DNA of 64,000 nucleotides from positions 55,366,001-55,430,000 of the forward strand of contig OX597833.1 in NCBI GenBank assembly GCA_951406725.2. Direction: 5' to 3'. Shown here one piece after another: positions 52,747 to 64,000 of this stretch. This stretch comes from Octopus vulgaris (taxonomy: Eukaryota). The position numbers and the translations under genes are program-made. Position 1 is the stretch's first letter; each line of letters starts with the position of its first letter. Under the pieces are notes generated by a model. It worked only from the letters and a program-made list of their open reading frames with translations. It was not told where the DNA came from and did no database searches.

Positions 52747-53106
52747 GTAAGTAATTCTTCTGTAGAGAAAATGATTCTTTCAAGAGGAGAAAAACGGTTT
52801 GTTTTAATTAATGGCTGCGGTGTGTAATAATTTCATGCAGGTACACAGTTCTGGGAGATGTGTCGGGGGCGGAATGTGATGCAGTGCAGTGGGATGATGG
52901 TGGAGAAAGTGAAAGAGTGTGTATGTGTGTGTGTGTGTGGTGGAGGATTCTTTGGAGAATATATTCGGTAAATTAGTTTTTAGAATCCTGTGATTGGTTC
53001 TGCGAGCCTTTGTGTGATTATGATTGGAAAGATTATTGATTTCAATGCTTTGTTCCAAATTTCAAACTTTTACTGTTTGTTTTGATGTGTGTTTGTTTGT
53101 ATTTAA

Positions 53107-53161
<55 letters not shown>

Positions 53162-53489
53162 GTAATAGTAGTAGTAGTAGTAGTAGTAATAACAATAATA
53201 ATAATAATGATAATAATAATAGTAGTAATAATAATAATAACAATAATAATAATGATAATAATGATAATAATAGTAGTAATAATGATAACAATAATGATAA
53301 TAATAATAGTAGTAATAATAATAACAATAATAATAATAATGATAATAATAATAGTAGTAATAATAATAATGATGATAGTAATAGTAGTAATAATAATAAT
53401 AGCAATAATAATAATAATAACAATGATAATAATGTTGATGATAATAGTGATAATTACCACCACCACCACCACCACAACAACAACAACAA
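53107..53489. repeat. (AAT/AGT/GAT/AAC/CAC)n compound trinucleotide repeat
   Basis: Directly visible; source of the poly-I/Y/L ORFs. Confidence 0.95.
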
Positions 53490-53999
53490 GCACATACAAA
53501 CATTAAAGAGAACGTGTGTTGTGTTTTGTAAACAATGGTTGTTTGCTTCTGCTGGAAACCTTGTTTCAAAATGGAGCCTGTTTGTGTTGTTTATTTATCC
53601 AAACATTGTCTTTTTTTTTTCTGATTTTAGTCCAATCAGATCAGATCACCTAGTTTACACAAACAACATTAAACGTTGTTGGTACAGTTCATGTTATGGT
53701 GTCTAATGTAGTATTTCGCTCTTGTTCACGTTTCCATGTTTGGTTTGATTTGGTTTGGTTTGGTTTGGTTTGGTTTGGTTTTGCATGTGTCTACAAAACG
53801 GACTCGTTGCAACCGAACCAAACATGCTCATTGCTCCAACTATCTGTTAATAATCGTTTCCTCCGTTTTGTGGTTAGTTATTATTACAGGTTGTGTGTGT
53901 GTGCTCAAGTTAGAATGAGGCATTAGTTACATGAATGTGTTTGCGAGTGTATGATGGGATATTTTGAACTTGTTTATATTTTATAATATATATATTATG

Positions 54000-54292
54000 T
54001 GGAGGCGCAATGGCCCAGTGGTTAGGGCAGCGGACTCGCGGTCGTAGAATTGCGGTTTCGATTCTGAGACCGGGCGTTGTGAGTGTTTATTGAGCGAAAA
54101 CACCTAAAAGCTCCATGAGGCTCCGGCAGGAGGTGGTGATCCCTGCTGTACTCTTTCACCACTCTTTCTTCTGTTGGCTTGCTCGCTTAGCCAGCAGGGA
54201 GGCGTCATTCGAAGGCTAAAACAATGCGAACGTATTGTGACCAGCGATGTGTAACTACATCTGATGGACTGATCGGTCACGTGATCACGTGA
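54000..54292 (+). mobile_element. SINE family C head with a different 3' tail ending CACGTGATCACGTGA
   Basis: First ~160 nt match 23001-23165, then the sequence is unrelated. Confidence 0.8.
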
Positions 54293-54425
54293 TATATATA
54301 TTATAGATATAGGTTAAAAAATTATTAATTTAATAATTAATAAATTTTACCAAGTAGTTTCGGTATGGAAAGAGAAACATTATCGGTAGAAACTTGTATA
54401 AAAAGGTTTTTTTATATAAACATAA

Positions 54426-54500
54426 TTAAGGGTTAAGCAATAAGTTGCTTCACCACAAATTTTCGGTATGTGGTGAAGCAACTTGTTGCTTAACCCTTAA
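54426..54500. repeat. Near-perfect 75-nt inverted repeat (32-bp arms, 11-nt loop)
   Basis: TTAAGGGTTAAGCAATAAGTTGCTTCACCACA / TGTGGTGAAGCAACTTGTTGCTTAACCCTTAA, with one G-T pair. Confidence 0.9.
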
Positions 54501-54921
54501 GTATACAGGTGCAGGTGTGGCTGTGTGGTAAGAAGCTTGCTTCCCAACCACATGGTTCCAGGTTCAGTCCCACTGCATGGCACCTTGAGCAAATGTCTAC
54601 TTTAGCCTCATGCCAACCAAAGCCTTGTGAGTGGATTTGGTTGGGGGAAACTGAGAGAAGCTCATGTATATATGTATGTATGTATACGATGGGCTTCTTT
54701 CATATGTGTGTGTGTGTGTAGCTGTGTTTATTCCCCTCATCACTGCTAGACAATCTGTGTTTGTGTACTTACGTCCCTGTAACTTAGTAGTTTGGCAAAA
54801 GAGACTGTTAAAATAAGTATTAGGCTTAAAATAATAAGTGCTATGGTTGATCTGTTTGAATAATACCCTTCAATGTGGTGCTCCAGCATGGCCGCAGTCA
54901 AAAGACTGAAACAAGTAATAG

Positions 54922-54968
<47 letters not shown>

Positions 54969-54971
<3 letters not shown>

Positions 54972-55164
54972 AGAGAAAAACCTCTATCAAACAATTCAAT
55001 AGTGAAAGATGTTATTCACACCAATTAGAAAACATATACTACAAAAACCTTATTGTAAAAATCAATAAAGTACATAAACAAAAATAGTAGTAAGTATATG
55101 TTTTCTATGTGGTGTGAATAACATCTTTCACTATTGAATTGTTTAATAGGGTTCTTCTCTAATT
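54969..55164. mobile_element. Fold-back element related to the 27800-27930 segment
   Basis: Inverted arms of about 70 bp (54969-55040 and 55093-55164); shares TTAGAGAA.AACC...CAATTCAA and AATAAAGTAC...AAATAGTA blocks with 27801-27930; abuts (TA)n. Confidence 0.65.
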
Positions 55165-55273
55165 TAAATACATATATTATATATCATGAAATTTGATTTA
55201 GAATTGCTAAACTGAATTTTCCCTGTAAGTTTGGAATTATATTTCCTACTATTATTATTATTATTATTATCAT

Positions 55274-55304
<31 letters not shown>

Positions 55305-55325
55305 TAAGTATATCCATGCTTGCAG

Positions 55326-55390
<65 letters not shown>

Positions 55391-55605
55391 CGAATATTCC
55401 AGTGTGCTTTTAGCATGTATGTATGTGTGTGTGGATATGTGTGCATATTTTCTGTGAATGTGTAGTTGACGTAAATTCTTGTATGGGCATATCTGTAGAT
55501 AGATGTGTGTTTTATATCTGTATCAGTGTATATTTCATGAATGTATTAATATGAATTTTATAAAACATTCTCTGTACTATATCCTCTTTCTCTCCTGTTC
55601 TTTAG

Positions 55606-55827
55606 GAATGGAACGACGAACTAGAAATTCTGTTTGGCGATCTCCAGTCCTCCGATGGCAAGATTCATTTCTCCAGTCGCAATCTTGACCCCAAGTCAGA
55701 GACAGGTGTGGCATTCAGCAAAATCAAAGCTGTCTACGGTAAAGTTTCAACAATTGATGTTTTGAAAAAGACATCAACGTCGGTCACATCATGGCTTGGC
55801 AAAACCAAACATATCAAGGCATCGAAG
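55606..55827 (+). CDS. NUGGC: NUGGC-like GTPase exon (EWNDELEILFGDL...SKIKAVYG...KASK)
   Basis: TTTAG acceptor, GTTAGA donor, 222 nt, phase 0-0; EW..EL and KIKAVYG segments typical of this family. Confidence 0.87.
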
Positions 55828-57796
55828 GTTAGATTTCTTTGTAAATTTAGCAAATTACAACAAAACAAGAATTCAAATATCTCTTTAACCCTTCCATTGC
55901 TCTGTTTCTAATGAAATACCATTAAGTTTAATTTTGAGAATAATCAAGAATTTGAAGGGATTTAGCTAAATAACTACTGTATTTGCAGGCATAGAGGATG
56001 CATCAGTATATTTGGTACACCCTGATTTCAGCAGTGCACATTCAGGAAAACATGCTTTCATCATCATCACCATCAACATTTAGCATCCGCATGGGTTGGA
56101 CGATTTGACTGAGGACTGGTGAGCCAGATGGCTGCACCAAGCTCCAATCTGATCTGGCAGAGTTTCTGCAGCTGGATGCCTTTCCTAACGCCAATCACTC
56201 TGAGAGTGTAGTGGGTGCTCTTACATTCCACCAGCACGAGGGCCAGTCTGGCAGTACTAGCAACAGCCACACTCAAATGGTGTTTCTTACATGCCACCTG
56301 CACAGGAGTCAGTCCAGCAGCACTGGCAACAAGCTCACTCAAATGTTTTGTTCACATGCCGTCAGCACAAGTGCCAGTAAGGCGACGCTCCTAACGATCA
56401 TGCTCAAATGGTGCTTTTTACATGCCACCGGCACAGGAGCCAGACAGCTGCTCTGGCAGTGATCCCGCTGAGATGGAGCTGTTAGCGCTCCACTGATACA
56501 GGTGCCAGTCATCGAATTTGGTTCAATTTTGATTTCACTTGCCCCAACAGGTCTTCGCTAGCAGAGTTTAGTGATTTTTTTTTTTTTTTTTGAGACATTA
56601 TTTGGTGGGGATAAAAAGTGCGTCTTTCATGCCATCAAATGCAGTAATTTTTTCGTTAATTTTTTATTTAATCAGCAAAAGTTACAAAGTGACTCAAAGA
56701 TCGAGATTTTCTTGCATTGCCACTGAAGAAGCCAGTTTCAAATTAGGGGGATTTCATTTATAAAGACTGACTGAAATGATAAATATAATTACTGCTGGAT
56801 TGCTTTAGAAAAAAAAAATTAAAAACAAAAATAACAAGGTCACATGGATAATGCATGTATTTTCAAGGAGTTTTGTCCTTTAATCATTTGAATAAATGAA
56901 TAAATAAATGAACTAGAATAAAATAAATAAGATGGAAGAATATATATGCATATGCACGAATGCATAAACAAATAGACCAATAAAGATCAAAGCTAATTTT
57001 TTGCATTACTAATCTGGTATTTGAAACGTAACTAAAGGGTGTTTACATACAATCAGAATGAGGTGTTAAATAAGAAAGCATGTGGCCTAGTGGTTAGCCA
57101 ACTGTGGGGGGGGGGGGGCTTTCAATTACAAGACCATGAGTTCAATTCACAGTCTGGGAAGCACATTGTGTTCTTGAGCAAGGCACTTTATACTTCCTCT
57201 TAACTGAGTCCACTCAACTTGTAAAGACGGCTGTTAACACCGTCGCGCCATATTTAGTTTCGATTTCACTTGCTTCAACAGGTCTTCGCAAGCCGAGTTT
57301 AGTGTCCAAAGAAGGAAAGGTACGCATAAGTGGGCTGGTTACATCCCTGGCGTAGGCCACGAGGTTTTGGTCTCACTTTGCTTGCCGAGTCTTCTCAAGC
57401 ACAGCATATCTCCAAAGGTCCCAATCACTAGTCATTGCCTCAGTGAGGCCATTAATCATGTATTATCTCATAGATTCGGAATTTCAATATTGTTATTGTT
57501 TACTTTTAGAATGACATGGTTGGATAGGTGTGAGAGGCTGAATCTAGCAAGTTTTAAAATAAAACAGATAGAATATTTGATCCGGATATGGCTGGCTTGA
57601 ATGCTAAAGGCTAAGTTTTGTATCGTAAAACTAAAGGTGCTCTAAGTTGGTATACAAAAATGTATTTTATAGTTAATTGTCTTGAAATATATTGTGGTTA
57701 AGACTTGAAGGATTTTGGTAAATTCTTGAAAGGGTAGGTTTTCTAAAACATCTGTTATCCTTGATTAAAATGGATTTTGTTTTATTTGCTTTGCAG

Positions 57797-57991
57797 GCTG
57801 AGGAGTTCAAATCCTATATTGACCATTACATTGAGTCTTCAGACAAAGGTACTGGCAATCAGTACTGGCCAGTGGTCAAGAACGTCAAGATCTACATACC
57901 TAACAGTGATGTACTCAGCAGTGGAGCCATCCTTGTTGATTTACCTGGAGTCAGGGATTCAAATGCTGCTCGTGATAAAATTGCTAAAGAA
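57797..57991 (+). CDS. NUGGC: NUGGC-like GTPase exon with G3 motif (YWPVVKNVKIY...LVDLPGVRDSNAAR)
   Basis: TTGCAG acceptor, GTAAGT donor, 195 nt, phase 0-0; WP.VK and DLPG..DSNAAR motifs. Confidence 0.92.
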
Positions 57992-58117
57992 GTAAGTAAC
58001 AATGAAAATAACATCGGTAGGTGGAGGGTGAAAATCCGGAACCTGTGGGTTGACTGCATCTGATGTTAGGCCTCGACTTATTCTGCATTTCTTCTCTAAT
58101 TCAAGCTTCATTCATAT

Positions 58118-58476
58118 CATCATCATCACCATCGTTTAACGTCCGCTTTCCATGCTAGCATGGGTTGGACGAATGACCGAGGGCTGGCAAACCAGATCGC
58201 TGCACCAGGCTTCAATCTTGATCTGGCAGAGTTTCTATAGTTGGATGCCCTTCCTAATGCCAACCACTCCGAGAGTGTAGTGGGTGCTTTTATGTGCCAC
58301 CGGCATGAGGGCAAATCAGTTGGTACTGGCAACGACCTCGCTCGAATCTTTTACACACACCACTGGCACAGGTGCCAGTAAGGCGATGCTGGTAGCGATC
58401 ACGCTCGAATGGTGTCTTTTACGTGCCACGGCACGGAGGCCAGATAGCCACTCTGGCAACGATCACGCTCGGATGA
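58118..58476 (-). mobile_element. Abundant (GAT)n-tailed retroposon family E (more than 12 copies, e.g. about 1950-2320, 4975-5298, 11925-12260, 20340-20675, 24403-24597, 56060-56570, 60050-60385, 60578-60910)
   Basis: Conserved GGAAGGGCATCCAGCT.TAGAAA...CCAACCCATGCTAGCATGGAAAGCGGACGTTAAAC(GAT)n 3' end; internal GTGCCACCGGCAC-type repeats; variable 5' truncation. Confidence 0.8.
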
Positions 58477-59122
58477 CCAATCTTACTCCACCTCTACCTT
58501 CTATTCTCATCACTCTTTTTATTCAGTTCTTTCATCATTTGCTATCATATAACCATAACAACACACTCTCTCCCTCTCTGCTGTAAGAACCCAAAGCACT
58601 ATATTCTTGCAGTGTTTGTTCTAGCTCTTTATATTTTGATTTCAATTCCCACTGGAGTCAGTTTTGTCTTTCAAGTACATTGGTTGATATAATCAATTAA
58701 AGTGCTTCCTCCGAATTTCAGGGTTAATAAGTCAGTGGAGTCATAAATGTGTTCTAGAAAATGACTTGTAGTTTATGTTCCAAGTTCAAATCCTGCCAAG
58801 TCCAACTTTCCTTTCTTCTTTTAAGGTTCATAAAAGAAAACTCTAGTGGGCCCGTTGCCAAAATTTGAAACTATTATTACTGTTATTGTTAAGGCACCAG
58901 CTGGCATGATTAGCAGCACATCAGACAAAATGCCTTGTGGTATTTCTTCCAGCCCTTTACATGCTGAATTCAAATTCTCCCGAAATTGACATTACTTTTC
59001 GTCCTTTCTGGGTCAATAAAACAAGTACCTTTTGATCATGGGTGGAAGTGGGGTTTCGGTGTAATCAACTACCCCTGACCCTTAAAACTACTGGCTTTGT
59101 GCCAAAATCTGAAACCATCCTC

Positions 59123-59153
<31 letters not shown>

Positions 59154-59608
59154 AGGCAGTGAACTAGCAGAATCGTTAGCATGCCTGGTGAAATGTTTAG
59201 CGATATTTCATCCATGTTCATGTTCCGTGTTCAAATTCTGCCAAGGTCGACTTTGCCTTTCCTCTTTTGGGGTCAATAAATTAAGTACCAGTTAAACACT
59301 GGGGTCAATGTAATCAATTTCAGGCCTTATGCCTATATTAGAAATGATTATTATTAAGGTGGCGAGGTGGCTGAAATGCTTATCAGCATTTTGTTGTCCG
59401 TCCTTACATTCTGAGTTCAACTGCCACTGGGTTTGACTTTGCCTTACATCCTTTTGGGGTCAATAAAGCAAATACCAGTTGAGTACTGGGGTCAATGCAA
59501 TCAACTTACTCCCCTCCCTGAAATTGCTGGCCATGTGCCAAAATTTGAAAATCATTATTATTGTCGTCATCGTCATCATTTATTATTGTTGTTATTATTA
59601 CTATGCAG

Positions 59609-59790
59609 TATCTGAAAAATTGCAACGCTGTGTGGGTGGTGTCCAGCATTCATCGTGCTGTCGATGACCGAACTGCAAAAGACCTGCTGGGAGAAAGTTT
59701 TCGGCGTCAGTTAATGATGGATGGTCAGTATGGAAGCATAGCCTTTATCTGCACTAAATCTGACATCCTAACATCTTCGGAGATAATCAG
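59609..59790 (+). CDS. NUGGC: NUGGC-like GTPase exon with G4 motif (YLKNCNAVWVVSSIHRAVDD...FICTKSD)
   Basis: TGCAG acceptor, GTAAGT donor, 182 nt, phase 0-2; TKxD motif. Confidence 0.92.
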
Positions 59791-61216
59791 GTAAGTCTTT
59801 GTCCTTTGAAACTAACTTATTCCACTTGAGATTCTACCCAATTTTCTCAGAAAATTGTGTAGTTACCCTCAAATGAATATAGCAGTCACAGGTTGTTGTG
59901 TGTTATCTTTATAGTTTAAGTGGAAGTTCAGTCTTTCCAGTAAGGTGACGTGGTTTATGTTAGGTGTAGATGTACCCCATCCATTAAAGGCAAAGCTCTA
60001 TGAGTAAACATCGCCAGTTTGCGGACAATGGATCAAAATAATGTATTCTCATCATCATCGTTGTTTAACGTCCGCTCTCCATGGTAGCATTGGTTGGACG
60101 ATTTTGACTGAGGACTGGCGAACCAGATGGCTGCACCAGGCTCCAATCTTGATCTGGCAGAGTTTCTACAGCTGGATGCCCTTCCTAACACCAACCACTC
60201 CGAGAGTGTAGAGGGTGCTTTTACGTGCCACCAGTACGGGGGCCAGTCAGGTGGTACTGGCAATGACCTCGCTTGAATTTTTTTACACATGCTACCGGCA
60301 CAGATGCTGGTAATGATCACACTTGAATGGTACCTTTTACGTGCCACTGGCACGGATGCCAGTTAGCCGCTCTGGCAATGATCGATTACAACAAAGAAAT
60401 TGTAAATGTAGAGAATTAGCTTAACACTTTAACTACCAAATGTTCCACCGTGATTCATTGCAAACTTCACACGACTGCCATATGCCCCACCATTGGTACA
60501 TTTTCATAATTTGAGAAAATATTTTATTCTGTATCTTTGGCATGGTTTCCAGGATATTTAAATAACATGAATGCTAAATCATCATCATCATCATCATCAT
60601 CATTTAACGTCCGCTTTCCATGCTAGCATGGGTTGGACGATTCTACTGAGGTCTGGCGAACCAGACTCCAATCTGATCAGGCAGAGTTTCTACAGCTGGA
60701 TGCCCTTCCTAACGCCAACCACTCCGAGAGTGTAGTGGGTGCTTTTACATGCCACTGGCACGAGGGCCAGTTTGGTGGTACTGGCGACGGCCACGCCCAA
60801 ATAGTGCTTTTTACATGCCACCTGCACAGGAGCCAGTCCAGCAGCACTGGTAACAACCTCACTCGAATGTTTCACATGCCACCAGTACAAGTGCTAGTAA
60901 GGCGGCGACGCTAAATATTAAAGTTTAATTATGAAATAATGTAAAAATGCAAAAAAAAAAAGCTACATTTCCTTGTAATTAAACAATATGCATTGTGATC
61001 TGAAATATGTGACATCATTGGTAAGTCCCGGTAACAGGACACAGCAGTTAATGTGTTAAGTGGAATTGAAACCTGTATCATGGGTTTGGCTGGCAATTTG
61101 CACTGTATCTTGCTAAAAAAATTGTTGTAATACCAATGCCTACAATGAGTGTATATCAGAGTGTTCCATGGATAATTCCATTGATAGAGTTGCATCCACA
61201 GCTTTTTTTCATTTCA

Positions 61217-61415
61217 TCCAGTTTCAGCTCACGAGCTGTGGCCATGCTGGGGCACCACCATTCTTTTTTTTTCTTGTACCAGCCCCTGCCGGAGCCTCAT
61301 GGAGCTTTTTTTTTTTAAGTGTTTCCGCTCAATAAACACACACAATGCCCGGTCAGAGAATTGAAACCGCGATCATCCGACCGCGAGTCCGCTGCCCTAA
61401 CCACTGGGCCATTGC
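61217..61415 (-). mobile_element. SINE family C head with a third, family-A-like tail
   Basis: Head matches 23006-23130; tail GGTGCCCCAGCATGGCCACAGCTCGTGAGCTGAAAC also occurs alone at about 34929-34968. Confidence 0.75.
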
Positions 61416-61680
61416 ATATAATCATTCCTGTTTGCTGCTATATCACTTTGCTTTGCTTAATAACATCACTTCTTTTCCCTCAACTCTTTGGTAGAATGTC
61501 TCCTTGAAGAACACAAAGTGTTTGCCCTTCCTAACATATTGAAAGAATCATGGTTAATTATTTGCGATTTTAAAAAGAAGGAAATACTGTATGTTCGAAT
61601 GTCACCCTGCTCTTCTTCCTTTTCTTCTTCTTCTTCTTCCTCCGATGGTTTGTTATTTTGGTTTTCCAATTTTTCAATAG

Positions 61681-61894
61681 GAGTCTGGAATTAGAAGAAT
61701 CGTTTGAAGCCGAAGAGGAGGCAATCGCCGATCTGGAAGCTGAAAAGAAAAAGATCATACAATCAAAAGCCAAGCTCTTAGCTGAAATGAAAACCCTCCG
61801 GCTTGACTTGAAGGCCATCCGAATGGATCACAAAGAACTAGTGGAAGCTATAACTGAGATCCAATCATTAATGGAGGAATCGGAAAGCAGTGAG
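61681..61894 (+). CDS. NUGGC-like exon, predicted coiled coil (SLELEESFEAEEEAIADLE...ESSE)
   Basis: CAATAG acceptor, GTATGT donor, 214 nt, phase 2-0; heptad-like Glu/Lys/Leu pattern. Confidence 0.87.
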
Positions 61895-62341
61895 GTATGT
61901 TTGGTTTATGGTGATTTTTTTGAAAATAATGTCTGTGATGTTCGTAGAATATTTGGGGGTCTTTTTGTTGCTTTTCTTTTTTTTTTTTTCTTGTTTGTTT
62001 GTTTCATGTTGAAGTGCACAAATTAGGATTAGCTGGATTGGAAATTTTCAGTTTTTCTTAGACAAAGAACTCTCTTCAAATGTTAGATCCCTTTTCTCTC
62101 CCTGCAAAAGGAACTTCACTGTATTGTTTTCGATGACAAAAACCACAACCAATTTTCCCAGAACCCTCAATTTTTTTGCCCTTTTTTTTTTTTTTGTCCT
62201 ATTAATAGCTTCCTTATTTCAATCTTTGGACTACACCTGTTCCTTGAAAAGTTTTTGTCAAATAAATCAACCCCACTACTTATGTCTTTTTAATATCTGA
62301 TACTCACTCAATTGGTGTCTGTTTGTTGAACAAGCAATATT

Positions 62342-62796
62342 TTAACCCTTTCGTTACTGTATTTATTTTGAGATGCTCTGTGTTTCTTTCAATTATTTTA
62401 ATTATAAGAAAGAATTTAGTAAAATAACATAGTTATCATTCAGCTAGTGTTAGGAACATAAATTGTGACTAAGGTTTGGTGGAAGATTGTAATTCAGAAC
62501 TTATGGAAACAAGACTTATGGAAACAGCCAGAGCTGGTTTCAGCTGGGTTGGTATTGAAAGGGTTAAATTAATCATTTGTTAACCCTTTTGTTACCATAT
62601 TTCTGTTGAGATGCTCTGTGTTTCTTTCAATTACTTTAAATATAACAAAGAATTTAATAAAATAACTTAGTTATCATTAAGCTAGTGTTGGGAACATAGA
62701 TTGTGACTAATGTTTGGGGGAAGATTTTAATTAAAACAAGACATTTGTACTACAGAGCCAGAGCCAGTTTCAGCCAGGTTGGTAACAAAAGGGTTA
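62342..62796 (+). mobile_element. Tandem pair of piggyBac-type MITEs (family M1), same junction as 17866-18336
   Basis: TTAA ends; junction GGTATTGAAAGGGTTAAATTAATCATTTG.TAACCCTTTTGTTACCATATTTCTGTTGAG. Confidence 0.8.
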
Positions 62797-63169
62797 AGTG
62801 TTTTTTAGGAATTTTAGATTTTTAGACATTTTTTTCTTAAATAAGCAAAATTGATAAAAGACAAAAATAAAAATAATTAAGTAAACAACTGTAGTTGAAA
62901 TTCCTAATTCATTATTTAAAACAGTGAAATTATGAATAAAATCAGTGAAAACTTCACTTTCAGTTCAAATTTCCGTTTTAAAATTTTGTCTACATGTTTA
63001 CATTTCAGAAAATATCTGTTTCAAATTTGAAATTTGATACTGATAACACTAACAGAAAAATTGCCATTTCTATATTTAAAAAAAATTAATTCTGAATTCA
63101 TTAAAAAATGCGTAGGGGGCAGAGAAAGAGCATAACATGTGACCATTCTTCTGTGTTTGTTTATTCTAG

Positions 63170-63286
63170 AATGAAGATGAACTGAATGACTTAAAAGCCG
63201 AAACGAAAGAGAAAGTTGAAGTAATGGAAGAGAAGAAGAAAGAACTTGCATCAAAAAGGAAAGAGGCTGAAAAATTAACAGGAAAA
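63170..63286 (+). CDS. NUGGC-like exon, predicted coiled coil (NEDELNDLKAETKEKVEVMEEKKKELASKRKEAEKLTGK); gene continues beyond window
   Basis: TTCTAG acceptor, GTAATT donor, 117 nt, open in phase 0-0; no stop codon reached. Confidence 0.82.
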
Positions 63287-64000
63287 GTAATTAATTAATT
63301 TGTTTGTTAGTTTTCATAAATTTGAAGGAAATTGAAACTGGTTACACACCTTGTAAAATGAAAGCTTTCCACTGTTGTGGGTAAGAGAAGAGGGCTATAA
63401 AGTGGTTATAAGTTAATAATGGCAAACTTATAACATGTGTTGGTAGTCACCTACCATAGACTGTTTAGAGATATGAGCTGGACTTTGAAAAAAAATTAAA
63501 ATCCTCCAACAATATCATGTTATAATAAGCTTAGCTGAAAGCATTTACCGCAAACTATAAATTACATATGTACATTTATGTGACACAGGATTATTAAAGA
63601 AATCTAAAATTTCAACACACCAGACTAAAATGGTTTAGATCATCATTACAAAGTGTTCAATAATCTACTCTCACTGACAAAGATACTGGTTGATTAAAAC
63701 AACTGATAACTTTCACTTACTCCAATTATAATAACGAAGCTTGGTCACATTTTGCTAAAAACCTCTCGTGATATTTTTATAAGACCTTCACATCTTAGTG
63801 TGATTAGTGTGACAAGGCCATCCTGCAAGCCAATGAAGTGAGTTCATAGCTCGCAGGACGGCTTGCTGTGCTAACGTTGGATCATAGAGTGACCCGCTGT
63901 GCTTGAGGAGACCTATTGTATCAAGTACATCAACACCAACATCAAAATAAAAATCAAATGGAAATTGTAGTTAAGATACCCATGCTGGTGACAAGTAAAA

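Noticed and set aside
56715-56800. CTGAAGA-AGCCAGTTT...AGACTGACT-GAAA as another hammerhead
   Set aside because: Stem II is plausible (8 of 9 pairs), but there is no convincing stem I and no U at 16.1; chance match or too decayed to call.

Overview
AT-rich, repeat-dense eukaryotic DNA. The SINE families and long (TA)n tracts resemble those of octopus genomes; this species assignment is my inference. The window is mostly intron of one + strand gene, incomplete at both ends, encoding a dynamin-superfamily GTPase of the NUGGC/SLIP-GC type. Ten exons from 35053 to 63286 join with matching splice phases, and a probable upstream exon lies at 3211-3261 (about 1900 codons in total). The GTPase domain (G1 GDTGAGKS, G2 LPTSGMRACT, G3 DLPG, G4 TKSD) is preceded by about 1500 aa of low-complexity sequence, mostly from two giant exons. 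The introns hold tRNA-derived SINEs, RTE-type LINE fragments, piggyBac-, hAT- and mariner-type MITEs, non-autonomous Helitrons, microsatellites and a 20-unit satellite with higher-order structure. The most notable signal is a set of short Penelope-like elements carrying minimal type-I hammerhead ribozyme motifs. One has an intact canonical core (28591-28682, +), one has a GCA cleavage triplet (27931-28015, -), and one repeat family has the compensatory G3-C8 core GUGAACA (3926-3972 and two further copies). All alignments and folds were done by eye.
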